From positions 1-64,000 of the IMG/VR virus record IMGVR_UViG_3300033463_000054: a stretch of 64,000 nt of DNA; one strand, written 5' to 3'. The notes under the pieces were generated by a model. It did not search any database and had not been told where the DNA came from. It worked only from the letters and a program-made list of their open reading frames with translations. Made by a program: the position numbers and the translations under genes. This DNA is from a virus. Taxonomy: Duplodnaviria; Caudoviricetes. Positions 9,101 through 18,612 of the stretch are shown here, piece by piece (position 1 is the stretch's first letter; every line of letters starts with the position of its first letter).

Positions 9101-10233
9101 TTATATGTTTCCCATGCAGACTTAAGCGTAACTCCTTCATCTCTATTAAGTTCAAATATCCTGTCCTCAATAAAGTTATAGAAGTCGTTTGTTGCGCTAA
9201 GCATATTCACTGGGACATACGTATCGTAATAATTAGGATTCTCTACGAAAATATCAAGACAATGTTTTGCTATCTTACCAAGTTCAAACTTGATTTGAGA
9301 CAACAGTCTGAAGTATTCGTTATGAGACACCAAATTACCAGTAGGTGAAATATCAATTAATCGTCTAAGAAGACCTGACTTAGCATCAGTAATCTTTACA
9401 GGTTCGTTTGTCGCTATGATAAGAAGAGAATGAAATACGTTTGAATACGTTCTCTTAAACTTCTCGTCTACCTGTATCGGCTCGTGCGAGACTATACGAT
9501 TAAGACGAGTGTTATCTTCTATCTTATTAAGTTTACCCTCATGATCGATCGCTACTAAAGGATTTTGAGCAAATGCCTCAAGAGCAAATCGATCGGATGC
9601 TGAACCAAGATTCTTTGCACTAAAATCGTGACAATATCCGTCAAAGAGCCAACCAATAATATTAATAATAGTAGACTTACCCGTACCTGATGAACCATAG
9701 AACACAGCGAACTTTTGTAACGTTCTACTGTCACCAGATACGATGGAACCAATAATCCACTCAATTTTATGTTTCTCTTCTGGAGAATATAAAGTGTTAA
9801 CCAGAGAGTTCCATGCTTCAGGTTCGCCATCTGCAAGTGAGTATGACAGTCTTTTAGTGGCATAATCGCTCCTCTTGACTTCAGCATCAGCAAATATCAA
9901 TGTTTCATCCAGATTGTGAAAACTATCACGAATCTGCTTCTGACAATACTTATGCCATTTGTCAATAACACCGCTATCGCCATCCCACATGTATCTAATT
10001 ACAACATTATTAGTTGACTCCTTATACTTTTCGGCGAAAATATCAATCTCGCGATCAATCAGACGAGTTACATCATCCTCATCAGTCGACCATAAGCCCT
10101 TATCTTCACACCAAATAGCGTAGAAATCGCCACCTTTTACCATGAGGTCCTTAGACTTCTTTACTATAAACTTAGGATATATTTCTATACCTGTTTTAGT
10201 AGTAACCATGCATACCTTCATGAAATCAAGCAC
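6154..10233 (-). CDS. fused SF3 (D5-like) helicase / primase / family B DNA polymerase
   Basis: Walker A YGSSGTGKS; prim-pol-like VIDFD...SKSGGGLHLHY; exonuclease VFFDIEV...GFNCRKYD; PolB motifs LLDIASMHP, KIPINSVYG, IKTDS. Confidence 0.85.
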   Translation of the reverse strand: MLDFMKVCMVTTKTGIEIYPKFIVKKSKDLMVKGGDFYAIWCEDKGLWSTDEDDVTRLIDREIDIFAEKYKESTNNVVIRYMWDGDSGVIDKWHKYCQKQIRDSFHNLDETLIFADAEVKRSDYATKRLSYSLADGEPEAWNSLVNTLYSPEEKHKIEWIIGSIVSGDSRTLQKFAVFYGSSGTGKSTIINIIGWLFDGYCHDFSAKNLGSASDRFALEAFAQNPLVAIDHEGKLNKIEDNTRLNRIVSHEPIQVDEKFKRTYSNVFHSLLIIATNEPVKITDAKSGLLRRLIDISPTGNLVSHNEYFRLLSQIKFELGKIAKHCLDIFVENPNYYDTYVPVNMLSATNDFYNFIEDRIFELNRDEGVTLKSAWETYKNYCDDANMHTLPLRIFKEELANYFDEVVESTYLPDGTHVRKLYRGFKASKLEKNDVKKTVPVRKNLTTWLDLKEQSSLIDILLAECPAQYTTDDEKPLSAWSKVKTKLKDINTKELHYVRVPENHIVIDFDIRDKDGNKSLELNLKAANKFPKTYAETSKSGGGLHLHYLYSGNVDDLSRIYDEGVEVKVFIGKQSLRRKLTLCNDIPVATISSGLPLKGVRPVEDFRIQNERQLRRRIARCLAKEVHPDTTSNINFIFETLEEAYRSGIVYDVTDLRDDVCAFAAGSTHQAEGCLKKALKMKFKSDDISDAKVQDGDLVFFDIEVFPNLFLVNYKKAGDNPVIRMINPRPVDIENLLKFKLVGFNCRKYDNHLIYARLMGYSNEALYELSQRIITKGDKDCFFSDAYNISYTDVYDFCSKKQSLKKWEIELGIHHVELNLPWDKPVPESLWDTVAEYCDNDVIATEAVFNERYSDFKAREILADLSGLTVNDTNNQHTTRIIFGGNKDPQSQFNYRFMGIPIKDVNDILEDVPNMDCDWNYTVFKDHKPVFPGYTYSKSEKGVWESWYRGELIGEGGYVYAEPGIHYNVALLDIASMHPHSIKAENLFGDIYTKRFVDLLDVRIYIKHKEYDKVRNMFDGKLAKYLESEEEAEALSSALKIPINSVYGLTSAKFKNQFKDPRNIDNIVAKRGALFMVNLKHEVQARGFTVAHIKTDSIKIPNANREIIQFVNDYGKLYGYTFEHEATYEKMALVNNAVYIARYLDPAKCQDYYGYIPKDNSKKYEKHGGWTATGKEFDVPYVFKTLFSHEDIDFYDLGVTVNVNTSLYLDMNETLPDVSEQEKELGKAKAALNKMNLPDVAISSLPVKYRGMSEKEILKEIDILNAEIEKGHDYRFIGRVGLFIPVTRGGGKLVRKTDEGYAFAAGTKDYRWLDSESVKALKDKGEDIIDISYYRQLVDDAYENITQYGDFFADDDGLPF

Positions 10234-10267
10234 ACTATCTCACCTCCTTTCGGTAAAATATCAAGTG

Positions 10268-10507
10268 TTATGAGTTAGTGTCATCGATTCCGTAGATATC
10301 ACGATCGTTAACATAATTCTTTACTTCTCTTACTTTCTTTTCAACATGCTGATCGAGAAATACCGCATAACCAATTGCAGCACCAGCAAGAACACAAGCA
10401 AACACGGTTCTTCTTCTCATGCGCTTAACCTGCTTGGACATTCTCTCAACTTCTCTTGCGTTTCTCTCAATATCAAGAGCAAACTGCCTAATGATTACTT
10501 CATTCAT
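10268..10507 (-). CDS. small single-TM protein
   Basis: coiled coil followed by VFACVLAGAAIGYAVFL; GGAGG RBS. Confidence 0.7.
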   Translation of the reverse strand: MNEVIIRQFALDIERNAREVERMSKQVKRMRRRTVFACVLAGAAIGYAVFLDQHVEKKVREVKNYVNDRDIYGIDDTNS

Positions 10508-10525
10508 AGTAATACCTCCACCACG

Positions 10526-11098
10526 TTAATGTATATTATACTTGATCACATCATTAAGGTGTGCCTGCATCTGATACCAAATATCTTTTTCAGACATCTG
10601 ATAGATACTATACTTTTCCGATCGAAACATACAACCTTTACCTGTTGCATCGTATGTGTAGTTATGAAAGTTATTAATGCATCGATCGAATTCATTTTGA
10701 TTGAACTGGTTATCGCCCATATATCCGATACCTAAATTAGATAGCATCTCCCAGAACCATTGACTTGTTCGGTCTCCTTCGGATGCACTACCCATTATAC
10801 TATCTTCAATACGAACGGCTAGAGCAATTAGCATTTCCAGCATGTTACTAGGAGCTTCTTCAAACTCTATGAATTCTCTTCCGCTTACTCCATGTAGATA
10901 CTCATCCATCTTCCTTTCGAATAGATATCTCATAGATAAGCCGTCCTTTGCTCTCTCAACATCGAACGGCTTCATCTGTTCATACCTAAAGCGTGTAGAA
11001 TATAAAGTCTTGAAGAGCTTCTTATACCGAGGAAATACTCGCTCGTTGGCAATCTTTTTACAGAGCCAACTAAAGTAAAGTTCTTCAACACGTGTCAT
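10526..11098 (-). CDS. conserved phage hypothetical protein
   Basis: 190 aa, YFSWL...RAKDGLSMRYLF...MLEMLIALAVRIE...WFWEMLSNLG pattern recalled from related siphoviruses. Confidence 0.7.
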   Translation of the reverse strand: MTRVEELYFSWLCKKIANERVFPRYKKLFKTLYSTRFRYEQMKPFDVERAKDGLSMRYLFERKMDEYLHGVSGREFIEFEEAPSNMLEMLIALAVRIEDSIMGSASEGDRTSQWFWEMLSNLGIGYMGDNQFNQNEFDRCINNFHNYTYDATGKGCMFRSEKYSIYQMSEKDIWYQMQAHLNDVIKYNIH

Positions 11099-11103
11099 GT
11101 GTG

Positions 11104-11646
11104 CTATCCCCTATCCGGATACGGTTTGTCGCTATGAGCTATTGAATAGTCAACCTTATCAACAGGATCGCGAACATACAGCATATCCTCTTCAAATTCG
11201 CCGAAATGATAGAGGTTCTCCTTGCCTATCACTTCGTCAGGGTGTTCTATTATTTCGCCAGTATCATCATAAGCTAACACACCGTCTGCGTAATACGTCA
11301 GGTATTCTGTTTCGTACTCCTCGGCAAACAAATCAGGATCGATGCAATACGGCTCGTCCTTCTTTTCTTCAAGATGTCTCTTGTTGCCTATTTCGGTGTC
11401 ACCTGACCTACGTTCAACATTCATATCCTCGCCTCTGTATTCGTTAAGACGTACGGCAACTTCTTTTTCTTTATCAGAAGTTTCCAGAGCTTTCTTTTCT
11501 TCCTCGGCAATCTGTTTGAACGCATCTTTTACAGATTGTATTTCAGCTTCAGTATGTTCGCGCATAAGCTTCTTGGTGACAAAATATCCGCCAACAGCTC
11601 CTACACCAACACCGGCTACAAATATCATTACACCTTTTAAGTTCAT
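11104..11646 (-). CDS. membrane-anchored acidic phage protein
   Basis: N-terminal GxxxG TM helix; LTYYADGVL motif. Confidence 0.7.
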   Translation of the reverse strand: MNLKGVMIFVAGVGVGAVGGYFVTKKLMREHTEAEIQSVKDAFKQIAEEEKKALETSDKEKEVAVRLNEYRGEDMNVERRSGDTEIGNKRHLEEKKDEPYCIDPDLFAEEYETEYLTYYADGVLAYDDTGEIIEHPDEVIGKENLYHFGEFEEDMLYVRDPVDKVDYSIAHSDKPYPDRG

Positions 11647-11695
11647 TTAACGTTTCACTCCTAACATAGAAACTATAGCCCTTTTAAAAGCTTTA

Positions 11696-12172
11696 TTAAT
11701 AACCTTTTTCTTGATATGTGATCTTTTCGATAGACTCGACATTACCCTCGAAAATATCAATCGCGGATACTGTACCCATCTGTCGAACTTCGCGAGGAAG
11801 AGATTTTGTATCGACAATAAACTCGATCACATTACCGCCACCATCGCGCATTGGATGATACATATGCTTACTGTCAGTGTCACAATCGGCCTTGCAATCA
11901 CCGACCATGACGTTGAAAGTTTCACCAGTGTCGAGTGTTATTTTGAAGCAATCGCCGACAGTAGTAGAATAATATGATCCAAGAGCTACAAGATAATAGT
12001 CATCGTATCTCCTGAGTCCATTCTCGTCTGTCCATGCGTACTGCTGAAGTTTATACTGAGGACTTGACTTGCAGGTGATGTATCTATAATCCATATACGC
12101 TTTGAAATCGGTATCAACATCTTCTGGTACAGAAAATATCAATGCCGATGCAAGTAATATTCCAGTAATCAT
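11696..12172 (-). CDS. secreted protein, possibly 3D-domain/cell-wall hydrolase-like
   Basis: signal-peptide-like N-terminus; GLRRYDDYYLVALGSYY...GDCK...IEFIVD. Confidence 0.5.
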   Translation of the reverse strand: MITGILLASALIFSVPEDVDTDFKAYMDYRYITCKSSPQYKLQQYAWTDENGLRRYDDYYLVALGSYYSTTVGDCFKITLDTGETFNVMVGDCKADCDTDSKHMYHPMRDGGGNVIEFIVDTKSLPREVRQMGTVSAIDIFEGNVESIEKITYQEKGY

Positions 12173-12198
12173 GTCTCCAAATCTCCTTAAATATAAAT

Positions 12199-12591
12199 TT
12201 ACTTAGAATTCTTTGCGCTGTAAATGATTAATGCGGCCATTCCGCCTAAACAAAGAATTCCAACTCCCAGACCTATAGCGCTATCTATGTTTTTCTGTCT
12301 ATACGACATTCTCTTCATTTCTCTAAGAAACGCTATTTCATTTTGAGTTAAAGGTCTTTCGGGAAGCACTGGTACCTGTACAGCTTTCTCTACGATCTTT
12401 TCTACTTCCACAGGTACTTTCTCCACAATTTTTGTGATCTCTGGAGAAATACTTATGTTTGACAAATCGGTCAGGTTCGCATTACGCTGTTTCGCAGAAT
12501 ATGACATAACTGCTTTAGCTACGTCTGCATCCACTCCTTGAAACGTCGAACCATCTGCGAGTTTTATGTATGCCATGATATACCTCCACAA
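12199..12591 (-). CDS. protein with C-terminal TM helix and EKIVE repeats
   Basis: KIVEKVPVEVEKIVEK repeat; hydrophobic C-terminus. Confidence 0.65.
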   Translation of the reverse strand: MWRYIMAYIKLADGSTFQGVDADVAKAVMSYSAKQRNANLTDLSNISISPEITKIVEKVPVEVEKIVEKAVQVPVLPERPLTQNEIAFLREMKRMSYRQKNIDSAIGLGVGILCLGGMAALIIYSAKNSK

Positions 12592-12648
12592 ATATAATAA
12601 CCGCCCCTCGATGCATCGATGCTAAATATCAAGGAGCGGCATTGTTAA

Positions 12649-13605
12649 TTATACATACTGCAGAACGTTACCGTCTACATTAAAGTTCATCCAAATACAA
12701 GGTTCAACACCATCAAGAAATCTGATAGCACCCTTGTCCATCGTATGAGCGGCATTATATATACCAGCATCTATTTTGTGCGTAACTTCAGGATCATAAC
12801 GCCATCCAAGATACTGACCTGCTGATGTACGAGGTAAACCGAACGCATCCAGAACCTCATTAAGGAACAGAACAGCATGTTTACCGTTCTCTTTACCTCT
12901 CTTTTCAAGCTTATTATTCATATTAAATATTGTAAGCTCGATAAGATTAAGATTCTCCTCAGGATCCTTTGTCCAGAACGGAGACGTCTCACAGAACAGC
13001 ACTCGTGTATCGTTCTCATTAACATCGTACTGAGAAATATCAGTGCAAGGTAATGTCTGCTCTTCATTCGTTTCAGGATTAGTCACTACGACATTAGTTA
13101 CTCCATAAAGAAGTTCTTTGTCAATATCCTCGCCAAACCTGATACGAACATTCGAACGATAATCGTTAAATGTCTTCTGAAGACCCGTATACGCAGCTGT
13201 CATAGCTAAATATCTCTTGTTGAGAGTATGATGACCACCACACAGAAGACCTATACTTACACCTGTAGATATAACTGCAGGAGCATAATCCTTGGCAATA
13301 TCAAGCGCGGTCATGACATGAACCTTAGTTATTTCATTCTTGCACTCTTTATTATCATATACGCTAACTGTAGTCTCACCGTTCTCATCAACTTCGAGAG
13401 TCTTAGTATACTTATCTTTGATAGCATTGATCTTTTCGTCACGCGTATCTATCTTATCTTTAACCTTAAGAGTTGCATTGCAAGCCAATACAGTTCCGCC
13501 TACAACTCCGGCTATTCCAAATATCAAACAAAGTTCAGGACTATGCTTGATAAGTTTCATTTTACAGTTACGACCGAAACCTTTAACTGCCGTTATGACG
13601 CCCAT
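12649..13605 (-). CDS. DUF6353-like membrane protein (paralog 1)
   Basis: KHSPELC..GIAGVVGGTVLAC; AAYTGLQKTFNDYR; LFLNEVLDAFG...GW; homologous to 14194..15084 and 17081..17866. Confidence 0.7.
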   Translation of the reverse strand: MGVITAVKGFGRNCKMKLIKHSPELCLIFGIAGVVGGTVLACNATLKVKDKIDTRDEKINAIKDKYTKTLEVDENGETTVSVYDNKECKNEITKVHVMTALDIAKDYAPAVISTGVSIGLLCGGHHTLNKRYLAMTAAYTGLQKTFNDYRSNVRIRFGEDIDKELLYGVTNVVVTNPETNEEQTLPCTDISQYDVNENDTRVLFCETSPFWTKDPEENLNLIELTIFNMNNKLEKRGKENGKHAVLFLNEVLDAFGLPRTSAGQYLGWRYDPEVTHKIDAGIYNAAHTMDKGAIRFLDGVEPCIWMNFNVDGNVLQYV

Positions 13606-13606
13606 G

Positions 13607-14179
13607 TTACTTCCTCCTTAACGGTATAGGCTTAGGCAGACGAATATAATAACCGCCAGAACCAAGTACCGCTTTTGCTTCGTTAAGATTGTACCAACCA
13701 TAATTCTGGTACGTGTAGGGTGCGACTTCATTAACGAGTTCGTACAGATTGGATACTTCTACATAACTCCATTCGTCAAGAATCTTACCGAGCTTATAAA
13801 TTATACGCTCAGCATCACCTCTACTAGCGATCGCAGGCGATTCAAACATAAAATATTCACCGCGATCCTGCATTACAGGTCTGCTTGAAGAGCTCGAATT
13901 GCTAGAATTCGACTTATAACTATTATGGTAGCCACTTGCATTTTGACCATAATAATTTCCCTTAGTTTCACCGAAGAATAACATATCGATGAAGTTCTTA
14001 CCAAGAGCTGCGAACGTGTTCTTCAAACTCGGTATGAGAATATCTTCAACGAGACTCTTACCAATTTGATCAAAGTCATCGTTAATTATTGCTTTACCAA
14101 GTTTCGCCAGACCTGTAACAGGTTTCTTATTCTTATCTGTCTGCACGCTTGTCTGATTGTCTATTTTGATCTCAGGCAT
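13607..14179 (-). CDS. conserved phage hypothetical protein
   Basis: 190 aa; VEVSNLYELV...YGWYNL...YYIRLPKP resembles the C-terminal domain of the DUF6353-like neighbours. Confidence 0.65.
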   Translation of the reverse strand: MPEIKIDNQTSVQTDKNKKPVTGLAKLGKAIINDDFDQIGKSLVEDILIPSLKNTFAALGKNFIDMLFFGETKGNYYGQNASGYHNSYKSNSSNSSSSSRPVMQDRGEYFMFESPAIASRGDAERIIYKLGKILDEWSYVEVSNLYELVNEVAPYTYQNYGWYNLNEAKAVLGSGGYYIRLPKPIPLRRK

Positions 14180-14193
14180 CTATTTCACCTCCT

Positions 14194-15084
14194 TTACGAT
14201 ACAATCCATTCGACCGTTAGATCTACAGGATCGAAGTCCATATAATATTCATATATAATCATATCGCTCTCGCCTTCAGGAGTTTCTATGATCTTTTGCT
14301 CTATATGAACATCAAGCCAGCCAGAACTAATGGCTTCACATATGGACTCTTGATCCCAACCATACATATCACAATACTCTTTATGCTTGTGATCGGGTTT
14401 AAGACCTAAGAAATCGTAGAATTTAGTTAAAGAGACATATCCATTTTGAACAATCTCTCGTTGGAAGTGATACAAACCTCTGAGAAAACGATTAGGACTT
14501 ATTTCAAAATATCCGCCAACATTTTCGTCGTAGAAAGTAACTGTTTCGTCAGCGCTTATACCGTGATGTGCAAAGTAATCCGAAATATCAAAGTAAGCTG
14601 TATCGCTCTTGACTATCTCATCTACTATTTTGTCATCTACGTCATTAGAAATATCAAGTGCTTTGTTACGATATGTCGCGAACATGCTTGCTGCAGATGT
14701 AGCCGCTGCTATAAGAGCTGCTTCTTTTGTTGCACTAAATCTATAATTAAATATAATGCAAGAGAGCGCTCCTGCAGTGAATCCCACAGGAAGCGCCCAT
14801 GTTTTAACTACTTCTTTGGTCGAGAGCGTATACTCATCATTCGCTGTAAGATCTACAATCTGATGAATATTAGGCTCGCGTCCTTGCTGCTTAGTTCGAT
14901 CGACTATTTTGAGCACTTCATTAATGCGCTTATCATGCACTTTTGACATCGTCTTGCTCGTAGCATCCGCAACAGATACTACGGCACCGATCATGCATAC
15001 TCCAGCGCCTATAGATAATATCAATGACCCGTGCTTATTTACGAAGCGCAGTGTCTTTGACATCAGTGTGCTCAAGGTCTTCAT
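14194..15084 (-). CDS. DUF6353-like membrane protein (paralog 2)
   Basis: start moved to MKTLST (AGGAGG RBS); KHGSLILSIGAGV; GYVSLTKFYDFLGL...YGW. Confidence 0.7.
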   Translation of the reverse strand: MKTLSTLMSKTLRFVNKHGSLILSIGAGVCMIGAVVSVADATSKTMSKVHDKRINEVLKIVDRTKQQGREPNIHQIVDLTANDEYTLSTKEVVKTWALPVGFTAGALSCIIFNYRFSATKEAALIAAATSAASMFATYRNKALDISNDVDDKIVDEIVKSDTAYFDISDYFAHHGISADETVTFYDENVGGYFEISPNRFLRGLYHFQREIVQNGYVSLTKFYDFLGLKPDHKHKEYCDMYGWDQESICEAISSGWLDVHIEQKIIETPEGESDMIIYEYYMDFDPVDLTVEWIVS

Positions 15085-15319
15085 AAACGAACCTCCTCTT
15101 AACCCTGACATTTATCTCATCTTTATCGAGCCAAGCCTCTAATATAAAGTTTTCAGGGTTCTCCATCACGTCATTTATAACCGTGCGGCGCTTGGGCTGG
15201 ATTACAGAGGCATTCTTTCCGAGTTTGTTTGGTTTACCAAGAGATGTCGGCTTGCTAATATCAATCGAATTGAGCGCCTCTTTGACCAACGCACGCTTTA
15301 TCTGCTTAAGTAATATCAT
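15035..15319 (-). CDS. hypothetical protein
   Basis: 94-aa ORF filling the gap between operon genes. Confidence 0.5.
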   Translation of the reverse strand: MILLKQIKRALVKEALNSIDISKPTSLGKPNKLGKNASVIQPKRRTVINDVMENPENFILEAWLDKDEINVRVKRRFVYEDLEHTDVKDTALRK

Positions 15320-15962
15320 AGAGCAGAGATACGCTCTTAATCGTATCTATGTCTACGTTATCAATTACGTTGTCAAGGCTCTCAAGAACAGCCTTTGTGA
15401 TCTCATCCTTTGTGGAATCAACGATCTTGGAAGACATCTTAGTGTACTCCCCATTAAATGTAGGAAGATTCTGCAGGAATGTCTTACCCGTTCTATCGAT
15501 CATTTTGAGATCAGGAACCTTATCTACGAGGAAAGAGCTGTCAACATCGGTTGCTGCAGCCGCATATTCTGCCATAGGAAGATCTGCTATAGACTTATCC
15601 ACAAGAGCAGGAGCACCCTCAGTTATAGCTGCTTCAAGAGCCTGCTGATGTCTACGCACACCTCTCTTATAGTGCTTATAGTATGCATAACCACCTACAG
15701 CCGCACCTGCAGCGATACCTGTGAATATAAGAGCCTTCTTATGACGCTTGCACCAGCCGGTTACACGCTTAACGAGACCCTTCTTTCTTCTAGGCTTCTG
15801 CTGTTCCTCGGTAACCTCAGCGTTCTCTGCATTTTCAACAGTATCGTCGATGATTATGAGCTCTTCCTCCTCAGGAAGATCCTCAAGCTTGATAGCGTCC
15901 TGAGTGTCAACCTTAACGTTTGCGCTTTCCTGTGCCTGTGCGTTTGTGTTTGTCTTTTTCAT
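15306..15962 (-). CDS. membrane-anchored hypothetical protein, paralog of 15986..16450
   Basis: WCKRHKKALIFTG vs WCKEHERELIICG; C-termini NVDIDTIKSVSLLYDI vs KVDIDDIKAIQMLIDL. Confidence 0.7.
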   Translation of the reverse strand: MKKTNTNAQAQESANVKVDTQDAIKLEDLPEEEELIIIDDTVENAENAEVTEEQQKPRRKKGLVKRVTGWCKRHKKALIFTGIAAGAAVGGYAYYKHYKRGVRRHQQALEAAITEGAPALVDKSIADLPMAEYAAAATDVDSSFLVDKVPDLKMIDRTGKTFLQNLPTFNGEYTKMSSKIVDSTKDEITKAVLESLDNVIDNVDIDTIKSVSLLYDIT

Positions 15963-15985
15963 GATTAAATACCTCCAAAATATAA

Positions 15986-16450
15986 TTACTTAAGATCTAT
16001 GAGCATCTGAATAGCCTTAATATCATCGATATCAACTTTATTCAGAATTTCATCAGTTGCTTCATTAAGAACCGCGACCGCTAAATCGGGTTCATAACCT
16101 ACACCGTCAAAATCGGTGAATCTGTTAATTATGTTATCGCCTACGAAATTTAGAGTAGATTCAGCAGGAGCTACGAGCGCATCTGGAATATCGGGATACT
16201 TCTGTCTATAATAATTTGAGTTCGCGCCCATAGCCACTTCACTCTCTACAGGCAGAAATGTCACGCTATTATCATCAAGATTCATGACAATATCATTGCC
16301 TATATACTTGTTGGTTGTGCTCTTATGACGTGCATTGAGCTTCTTATTAATTATGACCGTGCCGACAATTACACCTGTCGTAGCACCACAGATTATCAAT
16401 TCGCGCTCGTGTTCCTTACACCAACGCTTTACCTTTCTTGCAAAACTCAT
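15986..16450 (-). CDS. membrane-anchored hypothetical protein, paralog of 15306..15962
   Basis: shared N-terminal and C-terminal motifs; GGAGG RBS. Confidence 0.7.
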   Translation of the reverse strand: MSFARKVKRWCKEHERELIICGATTGVIVGTVIINKKLNARHKSTTNKYIGNDIVMNLDDNSVTFLPVESEVAMGANSNYYRQKYPDIPDALVAPAESTLNFVGDNIINRFTDFDGVGYEPDLAVAVLNEATDEILNKVDIDDIKAIQMLIDLK

Positions 16451-16474
16451 ATTTAGTCCTCCATAAAATATAAA

Positions 16475-16741
16475 TTATAGTATAGTTCGCATAAAGCTTT
16501 CTATAGCATTTGCTGCATATGTAAATATAAAGTTATCGTAAGAAAACCTTACGAGTTTCCTACAAAAAGAGTCAATAACCAAAAGAGGAGGTTGATCATG
16601 CAGAAGCAACTCCTCCTTGAGTGCATTGAGAGCCCATAACTGCGTCGAATACTTTTCAGAATATTCGTTTTGATACTCCTTATTAACTATATTAATGTAA
16701 TCGTTTAACGCATTCAGAGCATCACGCTGGATCCTGTCCAT
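16475..16741 (-). CDS. hypothetical protein
   Basis: 88-aa ORF in operon. Confidence 0.6.
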   Translation of the reverse strand: MDRIQRDALNALNDYINIVNKEYQNEYSEKYSTQLWALNALKEELLLHDQPPLLVIDSFCRKLVRFSYDNFIFTYAANAIESFMRTIL

Positions 16742-17057
16742 TACGCTTTTCCTTCTCTCTTCTCTCCTTTTCGAGAAGAATATAATTAAGCTGTGCAGTT
16801 ACTTCGGTAGGAAGCTCAGACTTGACAAATTCACGCATTTCAGCTCTAAGAAATTCTTCGCGAGATTCTTTAGACTTAACATACGTTGTAGCTACCTCAC
16901 GTCTGATTGTCTCATCGCGCTCTCTACGCTCTCTCTGTGCCCTCTTTTTATATGTAGCAATATCATACACAAACGACACGCCTTCTGCGATAGATACAAC
17001 GGGACCAACTACATTTGCAACCTTAGTCAAAGGCTTCATTATTTTACCTATTCTCAT
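16722..17057 (-). CDS. hypothetical protein with amphipathic N-terminus
   Basis: 111 aa, GGAGG RBS. Confidence 0.65.
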   Translation of the reverse strand: MRIGKIMKPLTKVANVVGPVVSIAEGVSFVYDIATYKKRAQRERRERDETIRREVATTYVKSKESREEFLRAEMREFVKSELPTEVTAQLNYILLEKERREKEKRNGQDPA

Positions 17058-17080
17058 GAAAATATACCTCCAAATATAAA

Positions 17081-17866
17081 TTAATAATACCTGCTGTAGT
17101 GTGAACTACGCGGACGATTCTTAAACTTAATAGTCATTATCGGATGACCGCCATACATTATACTGTCATAGAACACGTCAATGAGACCTATATCAGTATC
17201 CCATCCAACGTCACCACCAAAATCAACAGGTTCAACACCTAACTTGAAGTAAAAATCATTAAGCGTCACGAAATCGCCCTTATTAATCTCATGATTAAGT
17301 TCAACTACAGCGGTCTTTACGTCATTTTCTGTTGTGTAGAAATATCTGTACGTAAATGTGTCGAGACAGAGATCTTGTTCCCTAAATACGACCTGCGTAG
17401 AATTATCAGGATCAATAATTGTCAAACCTGATTTTGATCGTTCATCCTCAATCTTTTCAGATCTTTCTTGATCGATCTTGGTTTCGATCTCTTTTACTTT
17501 TGTCTCGCCTAGCTCCTGTATCATCTTCTTCTTGTACTCTGAAAGTGCACCCTCAGATATAGCATATAATGATACAAGTGCTGCATTTTGCTTACGATAC
17601 TTAACTGCTCCGCCTATAATACACACGGCACCAAGCGTACCAGTCACCATCGTAGGAATATAACATTTCCACGTAGCGTCGATTTTTTCGGATGTGTCAA
17701 GGGGCGCTCCCTTTTCATCTTCTGCCTGACGCAAATTATCAAGCGCTCGTGGAGTATTTCTTATAGCTTCAACGATTGCAGTTCCATTGAGAATCAATCC
17801 CGTCGCTGTAAGAATCTCTGGTAATCGTTTCTCTGCGCCTTTGAGAAACTTTTTAAAGATACTCAT
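17081..17866 (-). CDS. DUF6353-like membrane protein (paralog 3)
   Basis: KRLPEILTATG; WKCYIPT; FVTLNDFYFKLG...VGW. Confidence 0.7.
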   Translation of the reverse strand: MSIFKKFLKGAEKRLPEILTATGLILNGTAIVEAIRNTPRALDNLRQAEDEKGAPLDTSEKIDATWKCYIPTMVTGTLGAVCIIGGAVKYRKQNAALVSLYAISEGALSEYKKKMIQELGETKVKEIETKIDQERSEKIEDERSKSGLTIIDPDNSTQVVFREQDLCLDTFTYRYFYTTENDVKTAVVELNHEINKGDFVTLNDFYFKLGVEPVDFGGDVGWDTDIGLIDVFYDSIMYGGHPIMTIKFKNRPRSSHYSRYY

Positions 17867-17946
17867 TACATTTTGAACTCCTTTCTTGTAATGATGAATA
17901 AATATAAAAACGAAAAGAGGCTGTTACACCTCTTCTCGCTAAAGAC

Positions 17947-18237
17947 TCAATCCTTTACATAACCTCCTTCGGCTATGTACTTATAATCGGACACAATCTC
18001 AATGCAAAGATCTCCAAGCTCCGTGAAGTCTTTCTCAAGTTTTGTCATATAATTTGCTAATCCTTCAGCATCGCCGTTGGATGTAAACTCTGTAACATCC
18101 TTTTCGATGTTCTTGAGTCTATCCATCCAAGCTTCGAGCCTGTCCAGATTATCATTCATATTGTCTCTTGAGATCGCGTTCTTCAGCTTCTTAGATCTCT
18201 CTTTGTTGTAATGTCTCTTCTTAAACATACACATCAC
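17947..18237 (-). CDS. cassette-encoded hypothetical protein
   Basis: 96 aa between motif 18267-18293 and hairpin 17915. Confidence 0.7.
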   Translation of the reverse strand: MMCMFKKRHYNKERSKKLKNAISRDNMNDNLDRLEAWMDRLKNIEKDVTEFTSNGDAEGLANYMTKLEKDFTELGDLCIEIVSDYKYIAEGGYVKD

Positions 18238-18305
18238 TCCTTAAGTTATTATTTGGAATTAGTCTTCCATATAAGGCGATGTATAATTTGCGGAGACTAT
18301 CGACA

Positions 18306-18512
18306 TCACATAATGAAATGATCGCCGTCTCGACTATACATAATATCGGTAGGCGGATCTTTCTTAACTGCTTTATAGTATGCAGGTCGTAGTGTATTAT
18401 ATATAGTATAATATACGTCTATGGACTTGCACACAGCACCACTAAGAGAATCTAAGAATAGATTAAATAGTTTCTTACCCATTTTGAGCAATCTCCTTTC
18501 GTGTACATTCAA
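18306..18512 (-). CDS. hypothetical protein
   Basis: 68-aa ORF; start uncertain, weak RBS. Confidence 0.4.
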   Translation of the reverse strand: MNVHERRLLKMGKKLFNLFLDSLSGAVCKSIDVYYTIYNTLRPAYYKAVKKDPPTDIMYSRDGDHFIM

Positions 18513-18612
18513 AGAACAAAACAGAGTGTGTTTGCTAGCTTCACTCTGCTTCGTCTGGAAGAATAAGAGGCTCTCATTTGAGCCCCTTACTCTCTCTAGG
18601 TAATATCTTTAA

